DNA of 64,000 nucleotides, from sequence record MN871446.1. One strand, written 5' to 3'. Source of the DNA: Klebsiella phage KpLz-2_45. Position 1 is the stretch's first letter. Every line of letters starts with the position of its first letter. The notes beneath the pieces were generated by a model. That model saw only the letters and a program-made list of their open reading frames with translations, had not been told where the DNA came from and ran no database searches. Below, piece after piece: positions 1 through 8,268 of this stretch. The position numbers and the translations under genes are program-made.

Positions 1-66
1 TACGTTTGCCGATGGGACTTTCTGCGGAGCAATCGTTCCGGAAAAGAAGATAAATTCTTTGCCCAT
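1..66 (-). CDS. possible 5' end of a gene running out of the window (ATG at 66..64)
   Basis: An ATG opens a frame that stays open to position 1. The Shine-Dalgarno is weak. Only 22 codons are visible. Confidence 0.15.
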   Translation of the reverse strand, partial: MGKEFIFFSGTIAPQKVPSANV

Positions 67-169
67 CAAAATCGGTGTAGATTGAATAATCAGTAACGTC
101 TTCTTGTTCGCCAGGTTCAGCAAAACAAAAATCAATAACGTTCGCGGAGAGTAGCCAGAAAAACCGAAG

Positions 170-433
170 GTATTCCCGTAACAGATCGATATGAATAACA
201 GAGAACTCGCCGCCTTTGTTAATTTTTTCTATCAGCTCTTTAACCGGAACTTCAGAAGAGGGCGAACCAACACCGTGAAGATCTCCCAGAATTTCCCACG
301 CTGGATCGTTATCCCGTTGAACAAAAAGAAACTCTCCACTTTTCTCGTCATACATCACTGATGCCAACTCGGATTCGAGAAGTTTTAACCCTGCACGGTA
401 ATTCTCAATTAAAGAAGTTTCTGTGTTTTCCAT
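170..433 (-). CDS. hypothetical protein, 86 aa (MENTETSLIENYRAGLKLLESELASVMYDEKSGEF...HIDLLRE), not in the supplied ORF track
   Basis: Hand translation of the reverse complement gives a complete ATG-to-TAA frame with no internal stops. Its ATG abuts the stop of the upstream gene as TAAATG, indicating translational coupling. It keeps the same strand as all its neighbours. Confidence 0.45.
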
Positions 434-862
434 TTAAAATACCTCTATTTGCAAAAAGTTTTGATGTGGATTGACTTCTAGTTCAAACTGAACATCGTCA
501 TCTGAGATGTAACTCCCAAGATCAATTTTCTCAAAGAAAAATCGATAGATCGTTGGCCACCCGCAATAAACATCGATATGCTGAGAGAACTTCTCAAAGA
601 CCTCGTATAACCTATCTGGGTTGTCAGTAGGCGGGGGATCCTCAGCGCTGTCTGGGTAACAGGGCTCGATAAATTGGTGGTAGGCTTGCTCTGAAAACGC
701 CTGATGTAAAATTTTCCCAGCATACTTTGAATCTGCGTTTTCAGCGGTAAGAATGACCGCCCAGAAAAGGGCTGTCATGACGTAAATGCGGTCATCAGGA
801 TCCTTGATCTTCCGCAAACCCATCGAGAGTCTCTCCGGAATCCCCAAAATGAACGTTCCCAT
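434..862 (-). CDS. hypothetical protein
   Basis: ORF of 142 aa. It overlaps the upstream gene by 68 nt, so the true start is probably the internal Met at 778 (MTALFWAV...). Confidence 0.5.
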   Translation of the reverse strand: MGTFILGIPERLSMGLRKIKDPDDRIYVMTALFWAVILTAENADSKYAGKILHQAFSEQAYHQFIEPCYPDSAEDPPPTDNPDRLYEVFEKFSQHIDVYCGWPTIYRFFFEKIDLGSYISDDDVQFELEVNPHQNFLQIEVF

Positions 863-2000
863 CTTTTTCCTTTATCCTCATGATAAACGAGTAGCAATAA
901 CTGATCTTTCTGCCAAATCTCCGGAGATGATCACGGTCGAAAGAGTCAGTCACGTTAGGAATCAAACCCATAGACAAAAAGCTTTCGTCAAAGATTTCTA
1001 CGTCTTTACCGTAGTCAGAAAAGAAACCACGGAGATTGACTTCGAGACGCTCGATCAAACGAGTTATGTCTAGTTCAACTTCTGGTATCGTTAATCTAAG
1101 GTTAAGAACAAAGTCATTTTTGTCCAGCGTTAAAGAAGCTTCTAGTACAAAAGATTGATCCATTGTTAAATCGATAATCGATTGACCTTTTAACTCCATA
1201 ACGGAAATGTTCTGTAACGTTGTCTCGGAAATGTAGTCCGAGATTTTCCGTGAGAAAAAGCCGATGCTATCGATGTACTCTTTTTCCAACTTCCTCTTCA
1301 TTTCGTTGGTGAATGACAAAAGCTGATGATAAACCTCTACCGGTTTTCCTTTTACCGAGAATTTATTTACGTCAGCATCAGGTAAACAAAAGACGATTTC
1401 CTCGGACTTTTCGTCTCTGCTGGAAAAAATGTCCCAGGGGGAATTAAGGGTAACATACCCAAGATCATTAGATAACGTATCCATTATCCACTTTTTCCAA
1501 TGCCATTCAATGACAGAGCTATTCTGATCGTTAATAGACGATCGAATAATGGTTCGGATATCCGAACCATTCAGACCCGGGAAAGACTGAGTAAGTTGAA
1601 ACCTAATCGCATCTTCCCATTCCCATCCAAACGTAGGGATTTCTACCGTAATACGCCACAGACCCATGAAATCCCGCGTCAATGAAAACTTTACACTGTT
1701 TTCTGGGAATATTGAGTCCGCTTTATTTCTCAGTAAGATTCCTTCCTCCGTCGTTTGAACAAGCATATTTTGATTACTCGATAACAACTTACGTAACAAA
1801 GTTAAAGACTCTTCGCCGGGATAAAGTTGTTTTGCCATTTCTTCTTGGATTTCGTTTACTTTCTCCTTGACCAAATTGTCATCAATCACCGAGTAAGAAA
1901 GAGAAGACTTTCCTTTATTTTTTACTAAAACAAAATAGATCGAAGTCACGCCGGCACCAATTAATGCCAAGAGCCCTAACGCAAAAAGAATTTCAGCCAT
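795..2000 (-). CDS. membrane-anchored hypothetical protein (N-terminal transmembrane helix MAEILFALGLLALIGAGVTSIYFVLV)
   Basis: 401-aa ORF. The hydrophobic N-terminal helix is followed by a basic stretch (KNKGK). The ATG overlaps the upstream stop as ATGGCTGA. Confidence 0.6.
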   Translation of the reverse strand: MAEILFALGLLALIGAGVTSIYFVLVKNKGKSSLSYSVIDDNLVKEKVNEIQEEMAKQLYPGEESLTLLRKLLSSNQNMLVQTTEEGILLRNKADSIFPENSVKFSLTRDFMGLWRITVEIPTFGWEWEDAIRFQLTQSFPGLNGSDIRTIIRSSINDQNSSVIEWHWKKWIMDTLSNDLGYVTLNSPWDIFSSRDEKSEEIVFCLPDADVNKFSVKGKPVEVYHQLLSFTNEMKRKLEKEYIDSIGFFSRKISDYISETTLQNISVMELKGQSIIDLTMDQSFVLEASLTLDKNDFVLNLRLTIPEVELDITRLIERLEVNLRGFFSDYGKDVEIFDESFLSMGLIPNVTDSFDRDHLRRFGRKISYCYSFIMRIKEKDGNVHFGDSGETLDGFAEDQGS

Positions 2001-2184
2001 TTACTTTACCCTTTGAGAATTCAACGAATTCACCTGCGAACTGAATCAGCTCAGCACCGTTCGGTTGAGTATCGGTATTTAACATACCGGCTGCGACGAG
2101 GACATCGTATAATGCCTCGGCTAATAACTGACGCTGATGAAAAACATCAGCAGGATCATTATCGGGCAGATAGACTTTAGACAT
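1993..2184 (-). CDS. small hypothetical protein (63 aa)
   Basis: Fills the gap between its neighbours. Its stop overlaps the downstream ATG, indicating coupling. Confidence 0.4.
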   Translation of the reverse strand: MSKVYLPDNDPADVFHQRQLLAEALYDVLVAAGMLNTDTQPNGAELIQFAGEFVEFSKGKVNG

Positions 2185-2185
2185 G

Positions 2186-2674
2186 TTAAATTTCCTCTAT
2201 GATTGTGTTTTCATCCAATGTTGATGACAGAAGAACCAGTAAATGCCCTGCTGCCATTGATACATCATTACCTAAGGCTTTTATCACTACTAAGTTTATA
2301 AATTCCAAATTAACTCTGGGTAAGCCACCCCTGAGTTGTTTTACGACTTGATCCTTTACGTCTTGGGAAGTTAAGATCAATCTTTTGCGTTCTATCTTTA
2401 CCCTTACTTTCCCATAAGGATCTTTCTCAATACGAGTATTATTCTTCCTCATTGTGACGTTATTAACTGCTCCGGTTTTGACCGCTTTTATCGCGATTAA
2501 AATGGAAAATGTTTGATTAGAAGCTTCTTCGACAATTGCATTAGTTAACGTGGTAATATATTCTTCGGATATATTGCGTTTTGTAGAGGATGTACGTTTT
2601 CGATAAATAAGCAATCCTTTTGAGATAACAATAATTGCTAGTAATACTACCATTGTTATTCCAATAAAGTCCAC
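2186..2674 (-). CDS. membrane hypothetical protein (N-terminal transmembrane helix)
   Basis: 162-aa ORF. The N-terminus MDFIGITMVVLLAIIVISKGLLIY is hydrophobic. Confidence 0.55.
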   Translation of the reverse strand: MDFIGITMVVLLAIIVISKGLLIYRKRTSSTKRNISEEYITTLTNAIVEEASNQTFSILIAIKAVKTGAVNNVTMRKNNTRIEKDPYGKVRVKIERKRLILTSQDVKDQVVKQLRGGLPRVNLEFINLVVIKALGNDVSMAAGHLLVLLSSTLDENTIIEEI

Positions 2675-2691
2675 TTTCGTCCCCTCCGGAA

Positions 2692-3111
2692 TTAGTGCTT
2701 GTCTTTTACTACCACCGAGGCTTTCTCGGGGTCTGTGTCGTGCGCCAAAGAAATGTTTCCCAGATCTTCGCGGAAAGCGTAGTGCAGAACTGTCGTTGTT
2801 GCGTCATTTTGGGTGATATCTACAACGCCACTTTTCTCGTTCTGACTTTGGATCGTTAAATCAATACTTTCCCATTCAACGGTATCCAATTCACGATTAG
2901 ACGACAAGAACCAAACGTTATCGCCTACAGCCTCTTCATTGTCCATGAAAACGGCCAGATAACGTTCACCGGGAACTAAATGAGTGAAGCGATCACTGGC
3001 GATCCAGAAGGGGATGAGTTCATTACCAAATTTTAAGACGAGATTGGCTTGCTCGCCTTTGTCATTGAGAGGGACTTCGTTAGGATTCAATTCCATTTTA
3101 TTCTCCTCCAA
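2692..3111 (-). CDS. hypothetical protein
   Basis: 139-aa ORF, co-directional and tightly packed with its neighbours. Confidence 0.5.
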   Translation of the reverse strand: MEENKMELNPNEVPLNDKGEQANLVLKFGNELIPFWIASDRFTHLVPGERYLAVFMDNEEAVGDNVWFLSSNRELDTVEWESIDLTIQSQNEKSGVVDITQNDATTTVLHYAFREDLGNISLAHDTDPEKASVVVKDKH

Positions 3112-4015
3112 AAGATTGTTGTATGGCAGTACGAATATCGATGGTTGGGGGAGGAATGATTACATCCCAATCTAAATCGGGTCGTACTGCAATAAATGCA
3201 CTACGGCGTTTCTGTAGCTCTACTTTTAAAAGGTCGTCATCTTTAAAAAGGTATCCCTTCTCTAAGAGATCAAACACTTCTATTTCACCTACGCCGAATT
3301 CATCAACCAAAGCCCAGAATACTTCATAGCCTTTTACAGATAACCACCCGCCCGCTGACCCGCCATGTTCCTCCCAATCTAAATTACCGAGCTGATAAGC
3401 CACCCAAAAATAAACCGGCTGAGGTAATCTCGCCCAGATCTCCCCTCGTTTTTCATAAAGGTCTGTTGTATCCGTTTTAGTAGGGGAGACAGCACGTTTA
3501 CGCAAGGCGAGATGAGTCATGAATTTGAATAAGAACCACTTACTATTACGTTTAGCGGCGTCTGGGATACTGAGAGTCGGGGTGAAATCCCCGGGGACTT
3601 CGTCGTCGCCGTCCGGACAGATCTCAATATATTTTTCGACAAAAAGTATCGTGAGTTTACCCAAATTTGTTAAGTTCCCTTCGGGGGTAATAATACCCTG
3701 ACGAATCGCTGTTTCCGTGAAAAACTCCACGCCACCAGGGTACCCCATGTAATCCATTTTTGTCCCTGACACAACAGCATTAATCTGAGCTAACCAAAAT
3801 ACCTGTGCCTCGAAAGGCATACCGCAGCCGCAAAAACCGAGAACGTCGTAAAGGAAGTACTGCTTAGCATCGTCTAAAACTGTTTCCACTCCGTTAAGAA
3901 TAATGGGGGAATTATCTCCCCAATCCTCTTTTAGTTCGAAAGTTGGCGTTTCCAGCAATGGAATAATTGGATTTTTGCCACGGATATTGCCATATTTAAT
4001 TTCAATACTTTCCAT
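3098..4015 (-). CDS. hypothetical protein
   Basis: 305-aa ORF. Confidence 0.55.
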   Translation of the reverse strand: MESIEIKYGNIRGKNPIIPLLETPTFELKEDWGDNSPIILNGVETVLDDAKQYFLYDVLGFCGCGMPFEAQVFWLAQINAVVSGTKMDYMGYPGGVEFFTETAIRQGIITPEGNLTNLGKLTILFVEKYIEICPDGDDEVPGDFTPTLSIPDAAKRNSKWFLFKFMTHLALRKRAVSPTKTDTTDLYEKRGEIWARLPQPVYFWVAYQLGNLDWEEHGGSAGGWLSVKGYEVFWALVDEFGVGEIEVFDLLEKGYLFKDDDLLKVELQKRRSAFIAVRPDLDWDVIIPPPTIDIRTAIQQSFGGE

Positions 4016-4025
4016 CTTTTTTTCC

Positions 4026-4382
4026 TCAGTGCAGTTTTCTTTTATCTTCTTCGGTCAACCTATACCGCATCTTGATAGGTGGGTCATTATTGAATAAGGC
4101 GTCTAGCGTCACCGTTGTTTCGTCTTTATCCGTGACCCGAACCCATGTGAAAATATATTCCGAATCAGACTCGTTGATATATTTTAACACTCGCGCCATA
4201 AAGGGCATTTCAAGGTCTTCGTCACAAAACATCGGATTGATGTAAACTCCTATCGAAAGAGGGTCCTTTAAACGGGATAACAGGTAAACTTTCCCTATTT
4301 CCATTCCGGACGGACCGCCTTCCACGGGGTAAAAGTTGACATCGCCAACGTTGGATTTTAACACCATAATTGCTTCGCGCAT
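4026..4382 (-). CDS. hypothetical protein
   Basis: 118-aa ORF, preceded by a terminator hairpin and a Shine-Dalgarno AAAGGAGGG. Confidence 0.55.
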   Translation of the reverse strand: MREAIMVLKSNVGDVNFYPVEGGPSGMEIGKVYLLSRLKDPLSIGVYINPMFCDEDLEMPFMARVLKYINESDSEYIFTWVRVTDKDETTVTLDALFNNDPPIKMRYRLTEEDKRKLH

Positions 4383-4420
4383 AAATTAAACCCTCCTTTC
4401 ATTCAGAGCAATTGACGAGA

Positions 4421-4453
4421 AAATAAAAAAGGAGAGGCAAAAGCCTCTCCTCT
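4421..4453 (-). terminator. rho-independent terminator GGAGAGGC-AAAA-GCCTCTCC plus T-run (minus strand)
   Basis: Perfect 8-bp GC-rich stem. The plus-strand A-run at 4420-4430 becomes TTTTTTATTTT downstream on the minus strand. It sits between two minus-strand genes. Confidence 0.7.
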
Positions 4454-4456
4454 CAT

Positions 4457-4744
4457 TTAATGTCTTTTTTGCCGTATCCAAAGATTCTTAGTTGGAATCC
4501 AGATAGCAACAATTTCCCCATGAACATGTTTAACGCGCGCCCCTTCTGGCCATCTGGGAATTACTTTTGTAATCTCTTCAACTTCATGATACCAAAGACG
4601 ATCAGGCAAAGTAAAAGCCAAAACACGCAAGTAACCGTACTTCATGGAACTTTCTTTACCGTCTATGACCATTTCGATCCACTTCCCGGAATGTTCATAA
4701 CTTTCAAGAATTCCTATTTTTTCTACGGAATCAGAATCGCTCAT
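4457..4744 (-). CDS. hypothetical protein
   Basis: 95-aa ORF. Confidence 0.5.
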   Translation of the reverse strand: MSDSDSVEKIGILESYEHSGKWIEMVIDGKESSMKYGYLRVLAFTLPDRLWYHEVEEITKVIPRWPEGARVKHVHGEIVAIWIPTKNLWIRQKRH

Positions 4745-4756
4745 TTACACCTCTGG

Positions 4757-5197
4757 CTATTTTTCAGGCGGTAGGCCGTTATTAAAACGGTTCGCTTCCA
4801 TCACCGGGAGATTCGCTTCTGTCGGGACGTAGATCACTTGGTTCTTAGTTTGCTGTAAGCTATCTACCCAAAGGTAACGGAGATACGCTTCGTTGTTCTT
4901 CAAGCTGTCACCAATGATCTTGTTCGCCTTGGCGACACCGCCTGCACGAATAACCTCTGCCTCCGCCAAACTTTTAGCGGACTCTTTCTTAGCCTCTGCT
5001 TCCTGTACGGCGATCTGACGATCCTGCGTGGCTTTCATCAGAGCGGCTTTCCCCGCCATCCCCTGCTGCCAAACATTGTAGTACGGGCACCCCGCCATCA
5101 GCAGCACTATAAACGCAACAATGCCGATGGCCGCCCATTTACCCACCTTCTTTAATAACGACTTTACGTCGAAATCATTATCAGCGTAACGATTCAT
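4757..5197 (-). CDS. SPFH/band-7 (prohibitin/HflC-like) membrane protein
   Basis: N-terminal transmembrane helix (WAAIGIVAFIVLLMAG). The C-terminal region QDRQIAVQEAEAKKESAKSLAEAEVIRAGGVAKANKI...NEAYLRYLWVDSL matches the Ala/Glu-rich SPFH C-terminal helix. Confidence 0.5.
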   Translation of the reverse strand: MNRYADNDFDVKSLLKKVGKWAAIGIVAFIVLLMAGCPYYNVWQQGMAGKAALMKATQDRQIAVQEAEAKKESAKSLAEAEVIRAGGVAKANKIIGDSLKNNEAYLRYLWVDSLQQTKNQVIYVPTEANLPVMEANRFNNGLPPEK

Positions 5198-5227
5198 TTC
5201 TATTTCCTATTTTTTAAACCAGTAAAC

Positions 5228-5917
5228 TTATTTGTTGGTTTTGGTGATATACCACTTCCAAAGGCCGTAGAAAGCATTCATCAAGAATACTGCCCACTGT
5301 GCCACCTGCGCCCATGAACCCGGTTGATTAAGCGCCGGGATCACCCACAGATAAATCGTGACGCAGTTGATAATGATCCAGAGAATCCATTGTTCTGGCT
5401 GCTGCTTGATCATCATCCACATGGCGATGAGCGATGCGACTAAGCAGAACGCGTCTAATGCAGGAAACGGATCCTGCGTAGTTTTCAGGTATTCGGTCAG
5501 GCCATACCAGAAGATAACCCCAACAACCAGATAAGTTATCACGTCACGTAAAGTGATCGTTTTAACCGCTACGTCAGCTTTGGCTGGAGTTTTGCCCAGG
5601 TCTTTCGTCCAGTAATAAATACCGATAAACTGCATGGGAAGGTAAATAGCGTTCAACGCCGCATTGGCATAAAGGCCGGTATTGTACGAAACAATACCGT
5701 AGGTAATTACGCCAATCGTCCCCCAGTAATAATTAGAGACGCGACCCTTCGCCACCAGAATCACGCAGACGACGTTAGTCAGCGCTGCCGTGAATTCTAA
5801 CGGACTGGCTTGCCAGCTCCCTAATCCGACGACGATTAACGCTACGATCAGCCAAAAGTATTCGACTTTCTTCCAGTGCGCAAAGTCAGTGAAAGTTTTC
5901 ATTACCAATGAGTTCAT
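5228..5917 (-). CDS. pnuC: nicotinamide riboside transporter PnuC
   Basis: 229-aa polytopic membrane protein. It carries the PnuC signature blocks ...VILVAKGRVSNYYWGTIGVITYGIV... and ...WILWIIINCVTIYLW..., compared with E. coli PnuC SLEKISNYFFGLINV and WLLWVIINVISVV. Confidence 0.85.
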   Translation of the reverse strand: MNSLVMKTFTDFAHWKKVEYFWLIVALIVVGLGSWQASPLEFTAALTNVVCVILVAKGRVSNYYWGTIGVITYGIVSYNTGLYANAALNAIYLPMQFIGIYYWTKDLGKTPAKADVAVKTITLRDVITYLVVGVIFWYGLTEYLKTTQDPFPALDAFCLVASLIAMWMMIKQQPEQWILWIIINCVTIYLWVIPALNQPGSWAQVAQWAVFLMNAFYGLWKWYITKTNK

Positions 5918-6057
5918 CTATTAAATCCTTCGAGAAAAGTTGAGATGTAACTTGCGGATCTCAGATTAAGTTTGTCGCCAAATACAGCGTGGTAAAAGCG
6001 ATAGTTATCGCCTAACATCCGCTTTATTTTGCGTTGCGTACGCCGTTGTTGAGTCAT
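5914..6057 (-). CDS. possible small basic protein (47 aa, MTQQRRTQRKIKRMLGDNYRFYHAVFGDKLNLRSASYISTFLEGFNR)
   Basis: Occupies the 144-nt nadR-pnuC spacer. Its stop overlaps the pnuC ATG as ATGA. The Shine-Dalgarno is weak and there is no homology evidence. Confidence 0.25.
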   Translation of the reverse strand: MTQQRRTQRKIKRMLGDNYRFYHAVFGDKLNLRSASYISTFLEGFNR

Positions 6058-6061
6058 GAAA

Positions 6062-7273
6062 TCATCCACCCCAATCAGCGGGGTTCTGATGAGAACCAGC
6101 CTCGATGCTTTCTACCATACTCCAATCTTTATCAAAGTTACCACCGCTGGCAGCAGGAGGGAACTTATTTGGAATTTCTGGAGCGCTCTGGCCGGCAGTG
6201 CCGTTACCGGATAACAAGTTATCAACCGCTTCACGTGATTGATCTAAACGACCTTTGTAAGAGTCCCCTTTAATGAATACAGTGCGCCCCCATGGTGTTT
6301 GGTTTTTAAATTCCCAAAGCATTTGTTGGAAGAGACTCTCTGTTTTCTCGCGGTCAGGATTCAGCCGCAGACCATCATCGACCCATGGTACTTCCGGCGA
6401 AAGAATCAACACGAGATCGTAATGCTCTTCAGCCGCGATAGCAGAAACAATAGGGTTAGGTTTACCCTCGTACAGCCGATGGTAATATTCCGTAATGAAG
6501 GCGTTCGTATCGATGAAACAGAGTCGATTAGAAGTACGTAATGCTTCCTCCTCCAGCTCTTTGTGACGATACGCAATCAACGGGTAGTCAGAACTACGGA
6601 GAGTCGCTTCCGAACCCGCTAAGACCGTTTCACAGTACGTACGGCCGTACTCTTCAACCCAGCTGGTATTGTAGAGTTTGGCGAGGTTCTTGACGAGGGA
6701 ACTTTTCCCAGAACTCTCAACGCCTAATACGACCACCCGCAAACAATAATCTTTACGGACAATGCTCGGGAGATATTCCCAATGGTCGTAAAGGTTTTCA
6801 CGGATCATCGTGGCGGAGATGGGGACGCGGGTACGGTTACTGTCAACGATAACGTGTTCTACAAAACCGAGGTGCGTTTTGTATTTTTCATCGTAATCCA
6901 GCTCGCTACTGAAAATAGCAATGCTCTGCGCCTGACTGTGATTAGCTGCCAGTCTACCTGCCTCGTTGAAAATCTTAGCGCCGAGCAGAGCAGCGTATTC
7001 TTTCCAGCCGTTCGGGTATTCCGGTACAGAAGCCTCATCAATGAAATCGATCGTGACGTGCTCTGTATCCGCGTAAGTCTGTTGCAGCCAGCGCAGACGA
7101 TTCTTGAAATTGAGTACCTTTTGGTCTCGTGGCGATTGTTTATCCAGCCAACGTTGGTCGTGGGAAAGAATGACGAGGACATGCTTAGACTGCACAGCAG
7201 CCTCTGTGATTAAGTTGATGTGCCCCAACGTAAGGGGTGCGAATTTACCGATTACTACGCCTAAGTCAAACAT
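6062..7273 (-). CDS. nadR: NadR-like bifunctional NMN adenylyltransferase / ribosylnicotinamide kinase, lacking the N-terminal HTH repressor domain
   Basis: Motif GKFAPLTLGH is the nucleotidyltransferase (H/T)xGH motif. ISATMIRE is the ISxTxIR motif. VVVLGVESSGKSSLV is the kinase-domain Walker A. The NMNAT and RNK domains are collinear with E. coli NadR. An extra C-terminal tail of about 50 aa is present. Confidence 0.9.
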   Translation of the reverse strand: MFDLGVVIGKFAPLTLGHINLITEAAVQSKHVLVILSHDQRWLDKQSPRDQKVLNFKNRLRWLQQTYADTEHVTIDFIDEASVPEYPNGWKEYAALLGAKIFNEAGRLAANHSQAQSIAIFSSELDYDEKYKTHLGFVEHVIVDSNRTRVPISATMIRENLYDHWEYLPSIVRKDYCLRVVVLGVESSGKSSLVKNLAKLYNTSWVEEYGRTYCETVLAGSEATLRSSDYPLIAYRHKELEEEALRTSNRLCFIDTNAFITEYYHRLYEGKPNPIVSAIAAEEHYDLVLILSPEVPWVDDGLRLNPDREKTESLFQQMLWEFKNQTPWGRTVFIKGDSYKGRLDQSREAVDNLLSGNGTAGQSAPEIPNKFPPAASGGNFDKDWSMVESIEAGSHQNPADWGG

Positions 7274-7291
7274 CTGATATACCCTTCCTTA

Positions 7292-7606
7292 TTAGCCTAC
7301 GAAATGGTGATAAAGACGATGCAAGTCCCAGCCCTTATGATTCATCGCATTGAATCCCTGCTCATTCTTGACTACCACCTTGACGGCGTAGTCTTCCATC
7401 AGAAGGAAATCCCGCCCTGACTTAGAATGAATATCGCCATCGTAGACCGGACCATCTACAATCAGCTGGTTCATCGTGCCGATAACATGGCCAACGTCAT
7501 TCCGCTCGAGTAACATCGTCACGGTTTTCTCTAACTCGGCAGCGTACGCCATATCTACTTCTTCATCGGCATCTAGACCACAAATCTCAATAATCTGATT
7601 CAACAT
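7292..7606 (-). CDS. hypothetical protein (coupled upstream of nadR)
   Basis: 104-aa ORF, 18 nt upstream of nadR. The nadR Shine-Dalgarno lies inside the spacer. Confidence 0.5.
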   Translation of the reverse strand: MLNQIIEICGLDADEEVDMAYAAELEKTVTMLLERNDVGHVIGTMNQLIVDGPVYDGDIHSKSGRDFLLMEDYAVKVVVKNEQGFNAMNHKGWDLHRLYHHFVG

Positions 7607-7619
7607 GTTTTAGTTTCCT

Positions 7620-8012
7620 TTATTCGGTCCAGGGACGGAAAGTCCATGTACGAACTTTGTATTTACGATTATCAAAACGACGGCTACGGATATAGACCTC
7701 TACAGTTAAACTCGTTGCCGTTGGGGTGAGAAAAACAACCAGGTGTGCGGGTTCGTACTGGTACACCTCCGCTAAAGAAACAAACGCCGAGAACGGCAGA
7801 CTTTTCTTTTCAGCGGAACGGAGATTCCGATAGAGCAGTTTCACTGCGCGTTTAGCGAACACCTGGTCGTGGTAACTGGCGTGACGGAGACTTTTCCGAT
7901 TAGCGTTTAACTTCATCAGAAACAAACGCTTCTCCGCCCATGGGAGGTAATAGCTCAAACTGATCCCTGCCCCAGAAAACAATATTGCTGATAGTGTTTT
8001 CATTAACGCCAT
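7620..8012 (-). CDS. hypothetical basic protein
   Basis: 130-aa ORF. Confidence 0.5.
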   Translation of the reverse strand: MALMKTLSAILFSGAGISLSYYLPWAEKRLFLMKLNANRKSLRHASYHDQVFAKRAVKLLYRNLRSAEKKSLPFSAFVSLAEVYQYEPAHLVVFLTPTATSLTVEVYIRSRRFDNRKYKVRTWTFRPWTE

Positions 8013-8025
8013 TAATTTTCTTCTC

Positions 8026-8268
8026 CTATCGTATATCGTTGTTGTCTTTCTTGAACGGGTTATAGATGTTCAAGTACCAAACCAACCCGACGAATATTCC
8101 GATGCAGATAAAAGGCCATGCAATACCAATTGTCAAAACCTTCCAGATCTCCATACGGAGGACGACGCGGCGATACTTGGGGTTAACAATTGGTTTCCAA
8201 ACAATCATCAGAAACACAACCGCCCAGAGCGCCCCGCCGGCAGATATCAACATTCCCGCTGTACTCAT
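8026..8268 (-). CDS. small membrane protein (2 transmembrane helices)
   Basis: 80 aa with two hydrophobic helices. Confidence 0.5.
   Translation of the reverse strand: MSTAGMLISAGGALWAVVFLMIVWKPIVNPKYRRVVLRMEIWKVLTIGIAWPFICIGIFVGLVWYLNIYNPFKKDNNDIR
8058..8070 (-). promoter_or_regulatory. ACATCTATAAC motif variant, 46 nt upstream of the 8012 ATG
   Basis: Related to the ACATCTATAT(Y)AC motif. It lies in the 3' end of the upstream CDS. Confidence 0.25.

Noticed and set aside
434-862. 68-nt overlap between 434..862 and 795..2000 as a genuine out-of-frame gene overlap
   Set aside because: An internal Met at 778 gives a non-overlapping start. The long overlap is probably an ORF-caller artefact from taking the first ATG.
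786-1073. Plus-strand ORFs listed in the track (for example 786..1073, 1500..1685, 4460..4774, 6034..6273, 13005..13343, 29748..30080, 35489..35935, 44128..44647, 47110..47379, 53141..53410, 54093..54473) that lie antisense to or inside long minus-strand genes
   Set aside because: They are fully embedded in or overlap strongly supported genes on the opposite strand. They lack Shine-Dalgarno sequences and many have biased low-complexity composition. Antisense-frame artefacts are the simplest explanation.
5930-6000. Host sigma70-type promoter upstream of pnuC (TTGGCG ... TTAATC)
   Set aside because: Spacing and match to the -35 and -10 consensus are poor, so it was not reported as a feature.
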